A DNA stretch of 39,795 nucleotides from an uncultured Armatimonadia bacterium. GTDB taxonomy: Bacteria > Armatimonadota > Zipacnadia > Zipacnadales > JABUFB01. Each line of letters begins with the position of its first letter. The first letter of the stretch is position 1. Both the position numbers and the translations under genes were made by a program. Positions 26,808 to 35,924 of the stretch are shown in pieces. The notes beneath the pieces were generated by a model, which saw only the letters and a list, made by a program, of their open reading frames with translations, made no database searches and was not told the DNA's origin. The DNA lies in contig CAZXDD010000003.1 of the NCBI GenBank assembly GCA_964639415.1, positions 1 through 39,795 on the forward strand, in the 5' to 3' direction.

Positions 26808-29647
26808 CTGCCTCCTACCCCTACCGCGAGGACATCAACCTGCTGGTGGAGGGCAGAATCACGGCGGAGGATGCCCGCCGGCAAACGGTGACGGCCCGGG
26901 AGATACTCCGTCGCCTGGAGACTCAGCCCGGAGTGGTGCTGGCCGACGAGGTCGGCATGGGGAAGACCTTCGTGGCTTTGGCCGTGGCGGCCTCGGTGGC
27001 GCTGTCCGATGGCCACGGAAGACCGGTGGTAGTGATGGTTCCGGCATCGCTCCGGGGCAAGTGGCCCACCGATTTCGCCGTCTTCCTGGAGCGCTGTGTG
27101 CCGAGATACGTCGCCGACCGCCTGGCCTGCTCTTCCGCCCACCGGGCCGTGGACTTCCTCCGGCTGCTGGACGATCCCCCCGAGCGCAGGAGGTCCGTGA
27201 TCTTCCTGACCCACGGCGCCTTCAGCAACGAGCTGTGCGACGGTTGGGTTACCTTGGCCTTCATCCGCCGCGCGCTCCACGGGCGCCACGGGATGGACGA
27301 GCTCCGTCTCAGACTGTCAAGAGTGCTGGGTGAGATACTCAACATGCGCTGGGCCGAACGGAACGGGCAGGATGTCTGGGTCGAGCTTCTCAGGACGGAC
27401 CCCGGCGGCTGGCTGCGGGTCCTGACACGTTGGGGCATCGACCCCGAGCACGACGGCGATAGCGCCACCGACGACGACCCGGTGCCCGAGCCGGTTGTGG
27501 CGGCGTTGCGCGCCCTGCGGGCCGCCGACACGAAGGACGTCTTCGAGGCGCTGCAGCAGGTGCCGCTACGGCAATCGAAGCATCGCCAGGCACGCATCCG
27601 GGAGGCCCGTTCGCTGATCCGTGAGCACGTCCGGGCCCTGTGGCGACAGTGCGTATCGACCCTGGATATGAAGCTTCCGCTCCTGGTGCTGGATGAGGCC
27701 CATCATCTGAAGAACCCGGCGACACGCCTGGCCGGGCTGTTCCGGGCGTCGGAGGCAGAGGCCGATTCGCAAACCGTGTCACGCGGGGCGTTCGCCGGCG
27801 TGTTTGAGCGGATGCTGTTTCTCACCGCCACACCCTTTCAGTTGGGGCACGGCGAGCTGTGCTCCGTCCTGGAGCGGTTCTCCGGAGTGAGCTGGGAAGG
27901 CCCGGCGGCACCGGCGTTGTCGCGAGATGACTATGCCCGACGTCTTGGAGACCTGCGGCTGGCGCTGGATGGCGCCCAGGAGGCCGCAGTGTCGCTGGAC
28001 ACCGCCTGGGGCCGCCTGAACGCCGATGACCTCGTGGTGGACGGGCGGTCCTGCGCCGACGTGGACCGGTGGTGGGCGGCGGCGCTGGCCGGCGGGGAGA
28101 CAGGGACGGCGGGGGAAGGGGTCCTTGGCAGCTACAGGAGGACGGCACTGCAGATGGCGGAGGCCGAGACACAACTGCGGCCGTGGGTCATCCGCCACCT
28201 GAGACCACGCCAACTCCCGGCCCCCCATGCAGACAGGGCGCGACGGCGTCGCCTGCCGGGCGCGGCCATCGTCTCGGACGGCGAAGGCGACGGTGAGGGA
28301 GGTCTTCAGCTCGACGAGGCCTCACTTCTGCCCTTCCTGCTGGCCGCCCGGGCCGTAGCCTGCACCCCGGAGAGTCGCCCCGTGTTCGCCGAAGGCCTGG
28401 CCTCCAGCTATGAGGCATTCCTCCAGACCCGCCAGAGTCAGGGCTCAGCGGGCCTGGACACAGACGACGACGGGGCCGGACCGCCGGCGGACCTGTGCGG
28501 CGCCGCCCGCTGGTATCTGGAGCAACTGGAGACACAGGTCCTGCCGGCCGCACCTCGCCGGGGGCTGCGGCATCCCAAGATGGCCGCCACCGTCGACCGA
28601 GCCCTGGAGTTGTGGCGCGCCGGGGAGAAGGTGGTCGTGTTCTGCCACTACGTGGCCACCGGACGGGCCCTGCGCCGTCGGCTCTGTGCCGCACTCGACG
28701 GCGAGATCGCACGCCGCGGAGGCGAGCTCATCGGCTGTTCGCCGGCGCAGGCCAGGAGCGAACTGGAGCGTATCGGGCAGCGGTTCTTCGACACCGATTC
28801 GCCGGTGCGTCGGGAATGCGACGCCGTATGCGCCCGCATGGTGGCGCGCTTTCCCGCCCTGTCGCCCTACACAACGGACCTGCAACAGATCGTGCGCCGC
28901 TACCTGCGGACACCGTCCTTCCTCACCCGGTTCATGCCGCTGCGCGGCGGCGAGCTGCCGGCCGATGCCATATCCCAGGCGCTCAGGAGCCGCGACGGCT
29001 CGGGCGCCTCGCTGGCGCAGGTTCTCACGGGCTTCCTTGGCTTCCTGGCAGACACCTGTGGCACCGCCGACCGGGAGCGGTACATCGAGGCGGCCGCCCG
29101 CATCCAAACAGGGTCGCACACCGCCGGCGATGCCACGGTCTCGCTGGAGGGGGAGGACCTTCAGGACGGGCGTGTCGAGGGCCTGCTCCCCAACGTCCGG
29201 CTGGTCAATGGCAGCACCCGCACCGACACACGACAACGCCTGATGCTGGCCTTCAACACCCCTTTCTACCCGGAGGTCCTGATCGCCAGCAGTGTCCTGT
29301 CCGAGGGCGTCGATCTGCACCTGAACTGCCGTCATGTCATCCACCACGACCTGTGCTGGAACCCGACCACCCTCGAGCAGCGCACAGGCCGCATCGACCG
29401 CATCGGCGCCAAAGCCGAGCGTGTCGGACAGCCCATCTCCGTCTACTTGCCGTACATTGCCGAGACCCAGGATGAGAAGATGTACCGGGTGGTGATGGAC
29501 CGCGAGCGGTGGTTCTCCGTGGTGATGGGCGAGGACTACCGGCTCGATCCGCGCACTCTGGAGCGTCTCGCCGCCCGCCTTCCGTTCCCCGAACCTGCGG
29601 CTCAGGCCCTCGCCTTCCGGCTGGGAGTCGACGAGCAAGGCGCCTGA
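26804..29647 (+). CDS. SNF2-family (SF2) helicase/ATPase
   Basis: 947 aa. Motif I LADEVGMGKT (K54). Motif II LLVLDEAHHLKN (D297-H300). Motif III LFLTATPFQ. Motif IV-like KVVVFCHY. Motifs V/VI VLIASSVLSEGVDLH ... WNPTTLEQRTGRIDRIG. Confidence 0.9.
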   Translation: MTASYPYREDINLLVEGRITAEDARRQTVTAREILRRLETQPGVVLADEVGMGKTFVALAVAASVALSDGHGRPVVVMVPASLRGKWPTDFAVFLERCVPRYVADRLACSSAHRAVDFLRLLDDPPERRRSVIFLTHGAFSNELCDGWVTLAFIRRALHGRHGMDELRLRLSRVLGEILNMRWAERNGQDVWVELLRTDPGGWLRVLTRWGIDPEHDGDSATDDDPVPEPVVAALRALRAADTKDVFEALQQVPLRQSKHRQARIREARSLIREHVRALWRQCVSTLDMKLPLLVLDEAHHLKNPATRLAGLFRASEAEADSQTVSRGAFAGVFERMLFLTATPFQLGHGELCSVLERFSGVSWEGPAAPALSRDDYARRLGDLRLALDGAQEAAVSLDTAWGRLNADDLVVDGRSCADVDRWWAAALAGGETGTAGEGVLGSYRRTALQMAEAETQLRPWVIRHLRPRQLPAPHADRARRRRLPGAAIVSDGEGDGEGGLQLDEASLLPFLLAARAVACTPESRPVFAEGLASSYEAFLQTRQSQGSAGLDTDDDGAGPPADLCGAARWYLEQLETQVLPAAPRRGLRHPKMAATVDRALELWRAGEKVVVFCHYVATGRALRRRLCAALDGEIARRGGELIGCSPAQARSELERIGQRFFDTDSPVRRECDAVCARMVARFPALSPYTTDLQQIVRRYLRTPSFLTRFMPLRGGELPADAISQALRSRDGSGASLAQVLTGFLGFLADTCGTADRERYIEAAARIQTGSHTAGDATVSLEGEDLQDGRVEGLLPNVRLVNGSTRTDTRQRLMLAFNTPFYPEVLIASSVLSEGVDLHLNCRHVIHHDLCWNPTTLEQRTGRIDRIGAKAERVGQPISVYLPYIAETQDEKMYRVVMDRERWFSVVMGEDYRLDPRTLERLAARLPFPEPAAQALAFRLGVDEQGA

Positions 29648-29701
29648 CCGCGCGCGGGCCCCTGCGGCCCCCAACGGCGGTCTTCCCTCCCCCACGCCGC
29701 C

Positions 29702-30700
29702 TCAGTCCTCCTCCATGTCGCGCCAGTCAAACACCGCCGCGATGAGTTCCTTGGAGTGGCTATGGGCCAACTCGTAGGCCTCCTTCATCCGCTCGGCGGG
29801 GAAACGATGGGAGATCAGGCTTTCAAGCTGCAGGGCGCCGGTGGCCATCAGCTCGAGGATGTACTCCAGATTCCGGCGCAGGTTGAACCTCAACTCCGCG
29901 GCGGGGCAGTCCGTGCGCGGTGAGGAGCCGGCGCCCAGCAGCGTCAACTGCTTGCCGTAGAACCACTGCGGGTCCAGGGGGTTGAAGGCCGGGGCCGGCT
30001 GAGCACGTCCCGGGAAGCCCAGGATGCTCACGCGGCCGCCACGGCGGGCCAGCTCCACCGCCTGCCGGTACGCGTCCCAGCTATTGGCGGTGAGGATCAC
30101 GATGTCGGCGCCGGTAGAGCCCAGCAGGGGGCGCAGGTCCTCGGCGCTCTGGAGCTGCTCGGTGAGGAAGGTCCCGTGGGCGCCGACGCCGTGCGCCGCC
30201 TCGGCCCGCACCGCCGAGTTCGCCACAGCGGCAACCTTCGCGCCCATCGCCCGCGCCAGGCCCACCGTCGCCAGACCGATGACTCCCAGGCCGATCACCA
30301 CCACGTTCTCGCCGGTCTCATACCGCGCCTGACGCAGGGCGGCCAGTCCCAGTTGTGTCAGATAGCTCAGTGACGCCTGCTCCGAACTGACGCCGTCGGG
30401 CACCGGAACCAGCACGTCCTCGGGCTCGGCGACGTACGCCGACATGTGGGGCTTGATGGAGAACACCCTCTGGCCGTCGCCGCCGGTACTCCCCACATTG
30501 GAGTACCCCACCGGACGCGGATAGTCCGGCGCTCCGGGCAGTTCCGTGGAGCGTCCCTCGTAGTTGCCCAGGTCCGTGCCCGTAGAGAAAGCTGTCACCT
30601 GTGTCCTGACGTAGACCTGATCGTCCTTGAGGCTCTGTGGGTCCAGGGGCCGCTGCTCGATCCGCAGATCGCCGGCGCCGTAGAGAGTAGCCTGCTTCAT
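29702..30700 (-). CDS. Medium-chain (zinc-type) dehydrogenase/reductase family protein
   Basis: Trimmed to ATG 30700 (AGGAGG upstream). Begins MKQATLYGAGDLRIEQRP. NAD-binding VVVIGLGVIGLATVGLARAMGA. The upstream 82 aa in the ORF track are Arg/Pro-rich and unlikely to be coding. Confidence 0.8.
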   Translation of the reverse strand: MKQATLYGAGDLRIEQRPLDPQSLKDDQVYVRTQVTAFSTGTDLGNYEGRSTELPGAPDYPRPVGYSNVGSTGGDGQRVFSIKPHMSAYVAEPEDVLVPVPDGVSSEQASLSYLTQLGLAALRQARYETGENVVVIGLGVIGLATVGLARAMGAKVAAVANSAVRAEAAHGVGAHGTFLTEQLQSAEDLRPLLGSTGADIVILTANSWDAYRQAVELARRGGRVSILGFPGRAQPAPAFNPLDPQWFYGKQLTLLGAGSSPRTDCPAAELRFNLRRNLEYILELMATGALQLESLISHRFPAERMKEAYELAHSHSKELIAAVFDWRDMEED

Positions 30701-30932
30701 TGCTGCCTCCTGCTCCGATGATGTATGCCCGCGCCACCGGGGCACTCTTCGCGGCGCGATAGGCGGTGACCTTGCCCACCGGGCAAAAGGGCGGAGGGAG
30801 CAAAACGCGGGGAGCCTGCGGCCGGCCTGTCGCCGGGGGACGAGAAGACCGCCGGCGCGCTTCGCGTCGGCGGCCGTGAGGAACCGCCTTCCCCGGGCCC
30901 GGCCGTCACCGGGCCCGGAGTCCTGCCCCCTC

Positions 30933-32417
30933 TCAGAGCCAGGCACTGTAGCGGATCGTGTAGGTGATCTTGGCCTCGGTGTCCTTCGGAACGGGGACGA
31001 CGTACTCGAAGCTGTGGGCGCTGGTCTTCTTGCTCGGCATGCTCTCCTTCACGATCTCCCAGTCGCTGAAGCCACGCTCCTCGCAGATGACTTCGACGTC
31101 CTGGTCCTTGTGGTTGCGCAGCAAGACCTCGACGGACTCCTCCCACACGCCGGGCCCCAGGTTGCGCCGATCCGTCTGCTTCCACTCGCCCACCACGTCG
31201 AAGGCGTCACCGATGTACAGCCTGACCTTCTCGTCCCTGGGAGTGTGGTCGAGCTCGTCCTCGCCGATGAACTGCCGGCTGCCGTCCGGGTCGGACTTGT
31301 ACACGCGCACCTTGCCCTTGGGCAACGGCATCCCTAGATGGTCTGCTTCCGAGTTGGTGAACTGTATCTTCACCTGGACCTTGGACTTCCCCAGTGGCCC
31401 CCAGGGCTGGTCCATCCCCCGGTCGGTGCGGTGGCGCCCGTTGAAGTAGTACAGCTTGGTCACGGGCACATCGTGGGTGGTGAGCAGCTCGACCTGCTTG
31501 GTCTCATTGTCTCGGATAGTGGTAGGGCGGGCCATGCCGTACATGTGGTACTCGAAGAAGGCCTGCTCCTCGAACTGGGGCGCGGCGCCGGGCATGCCCA
31601 TGCCGCCCGGGGCGCCGCCGCGCGTGCGCGCTGCGACCTGGGGCTCGATGCGCCGGACATCGCCGGCGATGAGCTTCAGGTGCGCGTCGCGGTAGGTGGC
31701 GCCACTGCGGTTGTGCAATGTGACCCACCCGGTGAGGTCCGTACGGGTGTCGTCGGCGTTCACCGTCGCGATGTAGTCGCAGTTCCAGCGCACATTGTCG
31801 GTGATGTAGGAGACCTCGACGTCGTGGCCCCCCGGCTGCGTGCACTCGATGAGCCAGTCCAGTGTGGGCCTGACGATGAGCCCCTCGGGCAGCTCGGGCA
31901 GCTCAATGCTGTCGGGGGAGACGATCAGCAGCCCGTTGGGCGTACTGAGCACCAGGCCCGCCTGGGCGGCTCCCGGGGGCGTCGCGCCGCTACCCATGTT
32001 TCCCCTGGCGGGCTGCTCCTGGGCGCTCATCAGGACCCCCGTTGTGGCGGAGAAACCACCGCCGTCCTGCCTTTGCCTGACGGTGATCTCCCTGCCCAGG
32101 TACTTGTCCAGGAGCTTGGAGCGGCTCACCAGATCGTACTGGTAGTTCTGCTCGCGGATGACGCAGGAGTCCGGGGCGGTGAGGGACCGGAAGTGGACCG
32201 AGGTCGGGTCGATACTGGCCGCAACGTCGGAGAGCCGCACCTGATTGAGGCCCTCGGTCAGCTCGAGGCGGCGGGTATCCTTGACCAGCGCCATGTTCAC
32301 GTTGTACACGGTGATGGCGGTGGAGGTGGGCGCGTCCGGCGTCGTGGGCGGCTGGGCGAGGGTCGGTGTGACGAGGGCGCAAGACAGCAGCAGGACGCAC
32401 GCCCGCGGGCAGCGCAT
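30933..32417 (-). CDS. DUF4139-like secreted protein
   Basis: Trimmed to ATG 32417 (GGGGGAG upstream). Signal peptide MRCPRACVLLLSCALVTPTLAQ. ITVYNVNMALVKDTRRLELTEGLNQVRLSDVAASIDPTSVHF is typical of DUF4139/DUF4140 proteins. Confidence 0.65.
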   Translation of the reverse strand: MRCPRACVLLLSCALVTPTLAQPPTTPDAPTSTAITVYNVNMALVKDTRRLELTEGLNQVRLSDVAASIDPTSVHFRSLTAPDSCVIREQNYQYDLVSRSKLLDKYLGREITVRQRQDGGGFSATTGVLMSAQEQPARGNMGSGATPPGAAQAGLVLSTPNGLLIVSPDSIELPELPEGLIVRPTLDWLIECTQPGGHDVEVSYITDNVRWNCDYIATVNADDTRTDLTGWVTLHNRSGATYRDAHLKLIAGDVRRIEPQVAARTRGGAPGGMGMPGAAPQFEEQAFFEYHMYGMARPTTIRDNETKQVELLTTHDVPVTKLYYFNGRHRTDRGMDQPWGPLGKSKVQVKIQFTNSEADHLGMPLPKGKVRVYKSDPDGSRQFIGEDELDHTPRDEKVRLYIGDAFDVVGEWKQTDRRNLGPGVWEESVEVLLRNHKDQDVEVICEERGFSDWEIVKESMPSKKTSAHSFEYVVPVPKDTEAKITYTIRYSAWL

Positions 32418-32711
32418 GGCGAGTCTCCCCCTGTCGGGTTCAGGCCGCAGGGCCTGAGAAGTGGGTGTGCCGAGGGGCGCTCGGGACGGCGCCGCCTCCC
32501 ATTGACATACTGGACGCTGTGCGGGCTTATATGTTCGCACTTGGAAGGGAAGACGGCGTGCCTTGATGTGGCCCTGCGGTCTCTCGGGCCACGGCCGCCC
32601 GTTCTCCGTTCCGGTCGCGCGTGGAGGAAGCGGCACCGGGGAGGAGGCCTCGCCCGTGTGGGGAAGTCAGTAGTCTTGCACTCATCATCCCGCGACTGTG
32701 AACGAGGCGCC

Positions 32712-35700
32712 ATGCTCCAGCAACTGTCGATGATCGCCGTCGCGACGGCCCTGTGCACCTGCGCCCTCTGCCCCGCCACCGCCAAGGAATGCAGCCGCCT
32801 GGTGACGGCACAGATGCGGGCCAATGCCGTGGACAATGCCCGCAAGTACCGCTGGGCGGAGGATGCCCGGACGGCGGCGATCGCAGCCGCCGCGCGATGG
32901 GCGCAGCTTCCCGACGAGCAGCTCTGGAGCCTCGTGCCCTCCCAGGAGCTGCCTCGGGACATCTACTCCAACAACCTCGACGCCAAGAAGGACATCGGCT
33001 GCGCCAACTGTGGCCCGGGCTACAAGCCCTACGGGCGTTGGGGGTTCAAGACCGACCCTCTGGGCAAGCCGTGGAAGATCATCTGCCCCAATTGCGGGGC
33101 GGAGTTTCCCAAGAACGACTTCGGCGCCTTCTACGCCACCGCGCTGGACGAGCACGGCTACTTCCGGCGCGAGCTGGGTGACCGCTCGCTGCTTTACAAC
33201 TCTGAGCACCCGGACCCGGCAGACCCGCTGCATCAGGTCTACGTCGATGACGGCTACGGCATGATCGACGCCGAAGGCAACAAGCGGCTCCCCATCGCGT
33301 ACTACTGTAACTGGGGCCTGTGGGGGAGCATCAACCGCGCCCTGGATCAGCTCTCGTGGGCCTACGCACTCACCGATGATCGCCTGTACGCCCACAAGGC
33401 CGCCGTACTGCTGGACCGGATCGCCGATGTCTACCCACAGATGGACTGGGCGCCGCTGGCGAAGCTGGGGTTCAAGCACTCCGACGGCAGCAGCGGCATG
33501 GGCCGGGTTCAGGGGCGAATCTGGGAGAACGGCGCGGTCAGCACCATGGCCCGGGCCTATGACCGCATCTTCGACGGCATCCGGGATGACGCGGAGCTGG
33601 TGGCGTTCGTCAGCGAGAAGACCGCGCGCTACCGCCTGGCGCCGCGGGCTTCCATCGGTGATATCTGCCGACATATCGAGGACAACTTTCTGCTGGAGGT
33701 GCTGCAGAGCACTCGGGACGGCCGCATCCACGGCAACACCGGGATGCACCAGGAGGCCGTGGCGACGGCGGCCATCGCCCTGGACCGTCCCGGCGTGACC
33801 GAGGAGTGGCTGGACTGGCTCTTTGCGCCGGGCTATCCGGGGGACTTCGCCCGCAAGAAGGACTCCATCCCGTGGGTGCTCACCGAGGGGCTCGACCGCG
33901 ATGGGATGGGCGGGGAGGTAGGGGGCTATGGCCTGATTTGGACGCGCAGCCTCGTCGGGGTCGCCACCACCCTCGCCGCCTATCCGCAGTACCGCAACCA
34001 CGACGTCATCCGCGAGTTTCCGAAGCTCAAGCAGGGGTTTCTGTTGGAGGCCCGCCTCAACTGCCTGGACGCCGCCCTGCCCTGCATCGGCGACAGCGGC
34101 AGCACCGGGCTGTGGTCACGTGCCGGCAGTGCCGGGAGTTTCGCCCTGGGCTACCGGCTGTACGGCGACCCGCGACTGGCCTCGCTGGCCTGGCACTACG
34201 CCCTCGGGGACCGGGAGCGCCTGCGTACCAGGGAGGACATCTTCGAGGAGGACCCCGACGCCCTGGCCGCGGAGATCGCGCGGATCGGGCAGGCGCAGCC
34301 CTTCCGCCTGCGCTCAGACCACCTCGGCCGCTACGGACAGGCCGTCCTGCAGACGGACACCGAGGCTCCCGAGGAGGGCCGCGCCATCTGGATCCACTAC
34401 GGCCACGCCCTGGGGCATTGCCACCGCGACAGCCTCAACCTCGGCCTGTACGCCCACAATATCGACATGCTCCCGGACCTGGGGTACCCCGAGTATTGCG
34501 AGGGGCGCCCGGAGCAGTACGCCTGGACCGCCAATACCATCAGCCACAATACGCTGCTGGTGGGCGACGCCGGTCTGCCCTACAGCCCGGGCGGCAAGCT
34601 CACGCTGTTCCACATTCGGCCCCCGCTCCGCGTCCTGGAAGTCTCGTCCCCGCAGAGCAATCCGGCGGGCGACACCTACCGCCGCACGGTGGCACTCGTC
34701 GACGTGTCCGATGCCGACAGCTACGTGCTGGACATCTTCCGCGCCCGGGGCGGAGAGAACCACCGCCTGCTGTACCAGGGGCCCGCGCAGACCGCCGTCG
34801 TGGCCGGAGTGGCCCTGCAGCCCCAGGCCACGGGCACCTTCGCCGGCCCCGACATCCGACGCGGCCAACTCGAGGTCGACGGCAAGCGCAGCGACTTCCT
34901 GTTCCGCAGCGGCTTTGGTTACCTGTGGGATGTGGAGCGCAGCGCCGGGCCGGTGGCGACTCCTTATACTGTGGATTGGACGGCCGAGGACAACCGGGGG
35001 CGCATCAGGGCCGATCACGAGCCGCACCTGCGCCTGCACGCCCTCACGCCGTCCGACGAGGTGGCGCTGGCCAGCGGACAGCCGGCCCCGAACCAGCCCG
35101 GCAATCTCCCCAGCCTGCGGAAGGTCATCCAGAGCAAGCTGGGCGAGAGCATGGAGACCCAGTTCGTCAACATCCTGGAGCCCTATGACAGGGCGCCCTT
35201 CGTCTCCTCGGTGCGGCGCCTCCCGGTGGCGCACGAGGGTGACGAGAGCCCCGTGGTCGCCGTGGCCGTGACGCTGCAGGACGGTACCGAGGACATCCTC
35301 ATCAGTTGCCAGGAGCCGACGGCCGTCACGGTGGACGGGCGAGTCCAGTTCTCCGGCCGCTTCGCCCTTCTGCGCCTCAAGGGCGGCAAACCAACGCTCG
35401 TCCGGCTCTCCGAGGCGAGCCTCTTCAGCTACGGTGACCTGCGCATCAACCCGGAGAGAGCGAGCTACAGCGGCACTGTGGTCGCTGTGGATGCCACGGA
35501 CCTGGAGGATAATCGCATCCGGCTCGACCCGCCGCTGCCGGCGGACGCCCCCCTGGCCGGCGAGACCATCCACTTCTCAAACGAGCTGCCACCCGATACG
35601 AGCTACCGGATCGAGCGCGTGACAGCGGATGGGATCTCGACGGGAGACATCACCATCATCCGGGGCTTTTCGGACCCGGCATACTACGGCGCCGGGCATA

Positions 35701-35792
35701 CATACCTCGTCAACCCGGGGGACAGCTACACCGTGCCCTGCGCCGTCGGCCTGGACCTCGGGGGCCCGTCGCCGGCGGGTGGGGCGCGGTAG
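32712..35792 (+). CDS. Heparinase II/III-like protein, large, with N-terminal Cys4 zinc-ribbon-like motif
   Basis: I trimmed the 1484-aa ORF to ATG 32712, because the part upstream is antisense to the DUF4139 gene. Signal-like MLQQLSMIAVATALCTCALC. CANC...CPNC motif. Heparinase-type GHCHRDSLNLGLYAHNIDMLPDLGYPEY...ISHNTLLV. Confidence 0.75.
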   Translation: MLQQLSMIAVATALCTCALCPATAKECSRLVTAQMRANAVDNARKYRWAEDARTAAIAAAARWAQLPDEQLWSLVPSQELPRDIYSNNLDAKKDIGCANCGPGYKPYGRWGFKTDPLGKPWKIICPNCGAEFPKNDFGAFYATALDEHGYFRRELGDRSLLYNSEHPDPADPLHQVYVDDGYGMIDAEGNKRLPIAYYCNWGLWGSINRALDQLSWAYALTDDRLYAHKAAVLLDRIADVYPQMDWAPLAKLGFKHSDGSSGMGRVQGRIWENGAVSTMARAYDRIFDGIRDDAELVAFVSEKTARYRLAPRASIGDICRHIEDNFLLEVLQSTRDGRIHGNTGMHQEAVATAAIALDRPGVTEEWLDWLFAPGYPGDFARKKDSIPWVLTEGLDRDGMGGEVGGYGLIWTRSLVGVATTLAAYPQYRNHDVIREFPKLKQGFLLEARLNCLDAALPCIGDSGSTGLWSRAGSAGSFALGYRLYGDPRLASLAWHYALGDRERLRTREDIFEEDPDALAAEIARIGQAQPFRLRSDHLGRYGQAVLQTDTEAPEEGRAIWIHYGHALGHCHRDSLNLGLYAHNIDMLPDLGYPEYCEGRPEQYAWTANTISHNTLLVGDAGLPYSPGGKLTLFHIRPPLRVLEVSSPQSNPAGDTYRRTVALVDVSDADSYVLDIFRARGGENHRLLYQGPAQTAVVAGVALQPQATGTFAGPDIRRGQLEVDGKRSDFLFRSGFGYLWDVERSAGPVATPYTVDWTAEDNRGRIRADHEPHLRLHALTPSDEVALASGQPAPNQPGNLPSLRKVIQSKLGESMETQFVNILEPYDRAPFVSSVRRLPVAHEGDESPVVAVAVTLQDGTEDILISCQEPTAVTVDGRVQFSGRFALLRLKGGKPTLVRLSEASLFSYGDLRINPERASYSGTVVAVDATDLEDNRIRLDPPLPADAPLAGETIHFSNELPPDTSYRIERVTADGISTGDITIIRGFSDPAYYGAGHTYLVNPGDSYTVPCAVGLDLGGPSPAGGAR

Positions 35793-35924
35793 GCGTCTCC
35801 GGGGAGCTTCGGCGCGGTGGAGCCCGGGGCCGTTGCACCCCGGTCGCGGAGGGTTTCTGCGCTCCCTGAGCGAACAGTGCCGTCGCTGTCGGCAAAGCTG
35901 GCTACTTCCGGCCGGAGGCTTTCC

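Noticed and set aside
23367-29647. Calling the PLD + SNF2 genes a DISARM system.
   Set aside because: The defining DrmA helicase, DrmB (DUF1998) and methyltransferase are absent from the window. Only the DrmC-like and DrmD-like enzyme classes are shared.
29648-29701. Possible bidirectional terminator between the convergent helicase and dehydrogenase genes (gggcccctgcggccc).
   Set aside because: The stem is only 5 bp and there is no T-tract. This is too weak to annotate.
31338-32711. N-terminal 458 aa of the 1484-aa plus-strand ORF.
   Set aside because: It is fully antisense to the DUF4139-like gene and has low-complexity composition. A signal-peptide-like start with an SD-like motif occurs at 32712, where the heparinase-like sequence begins.
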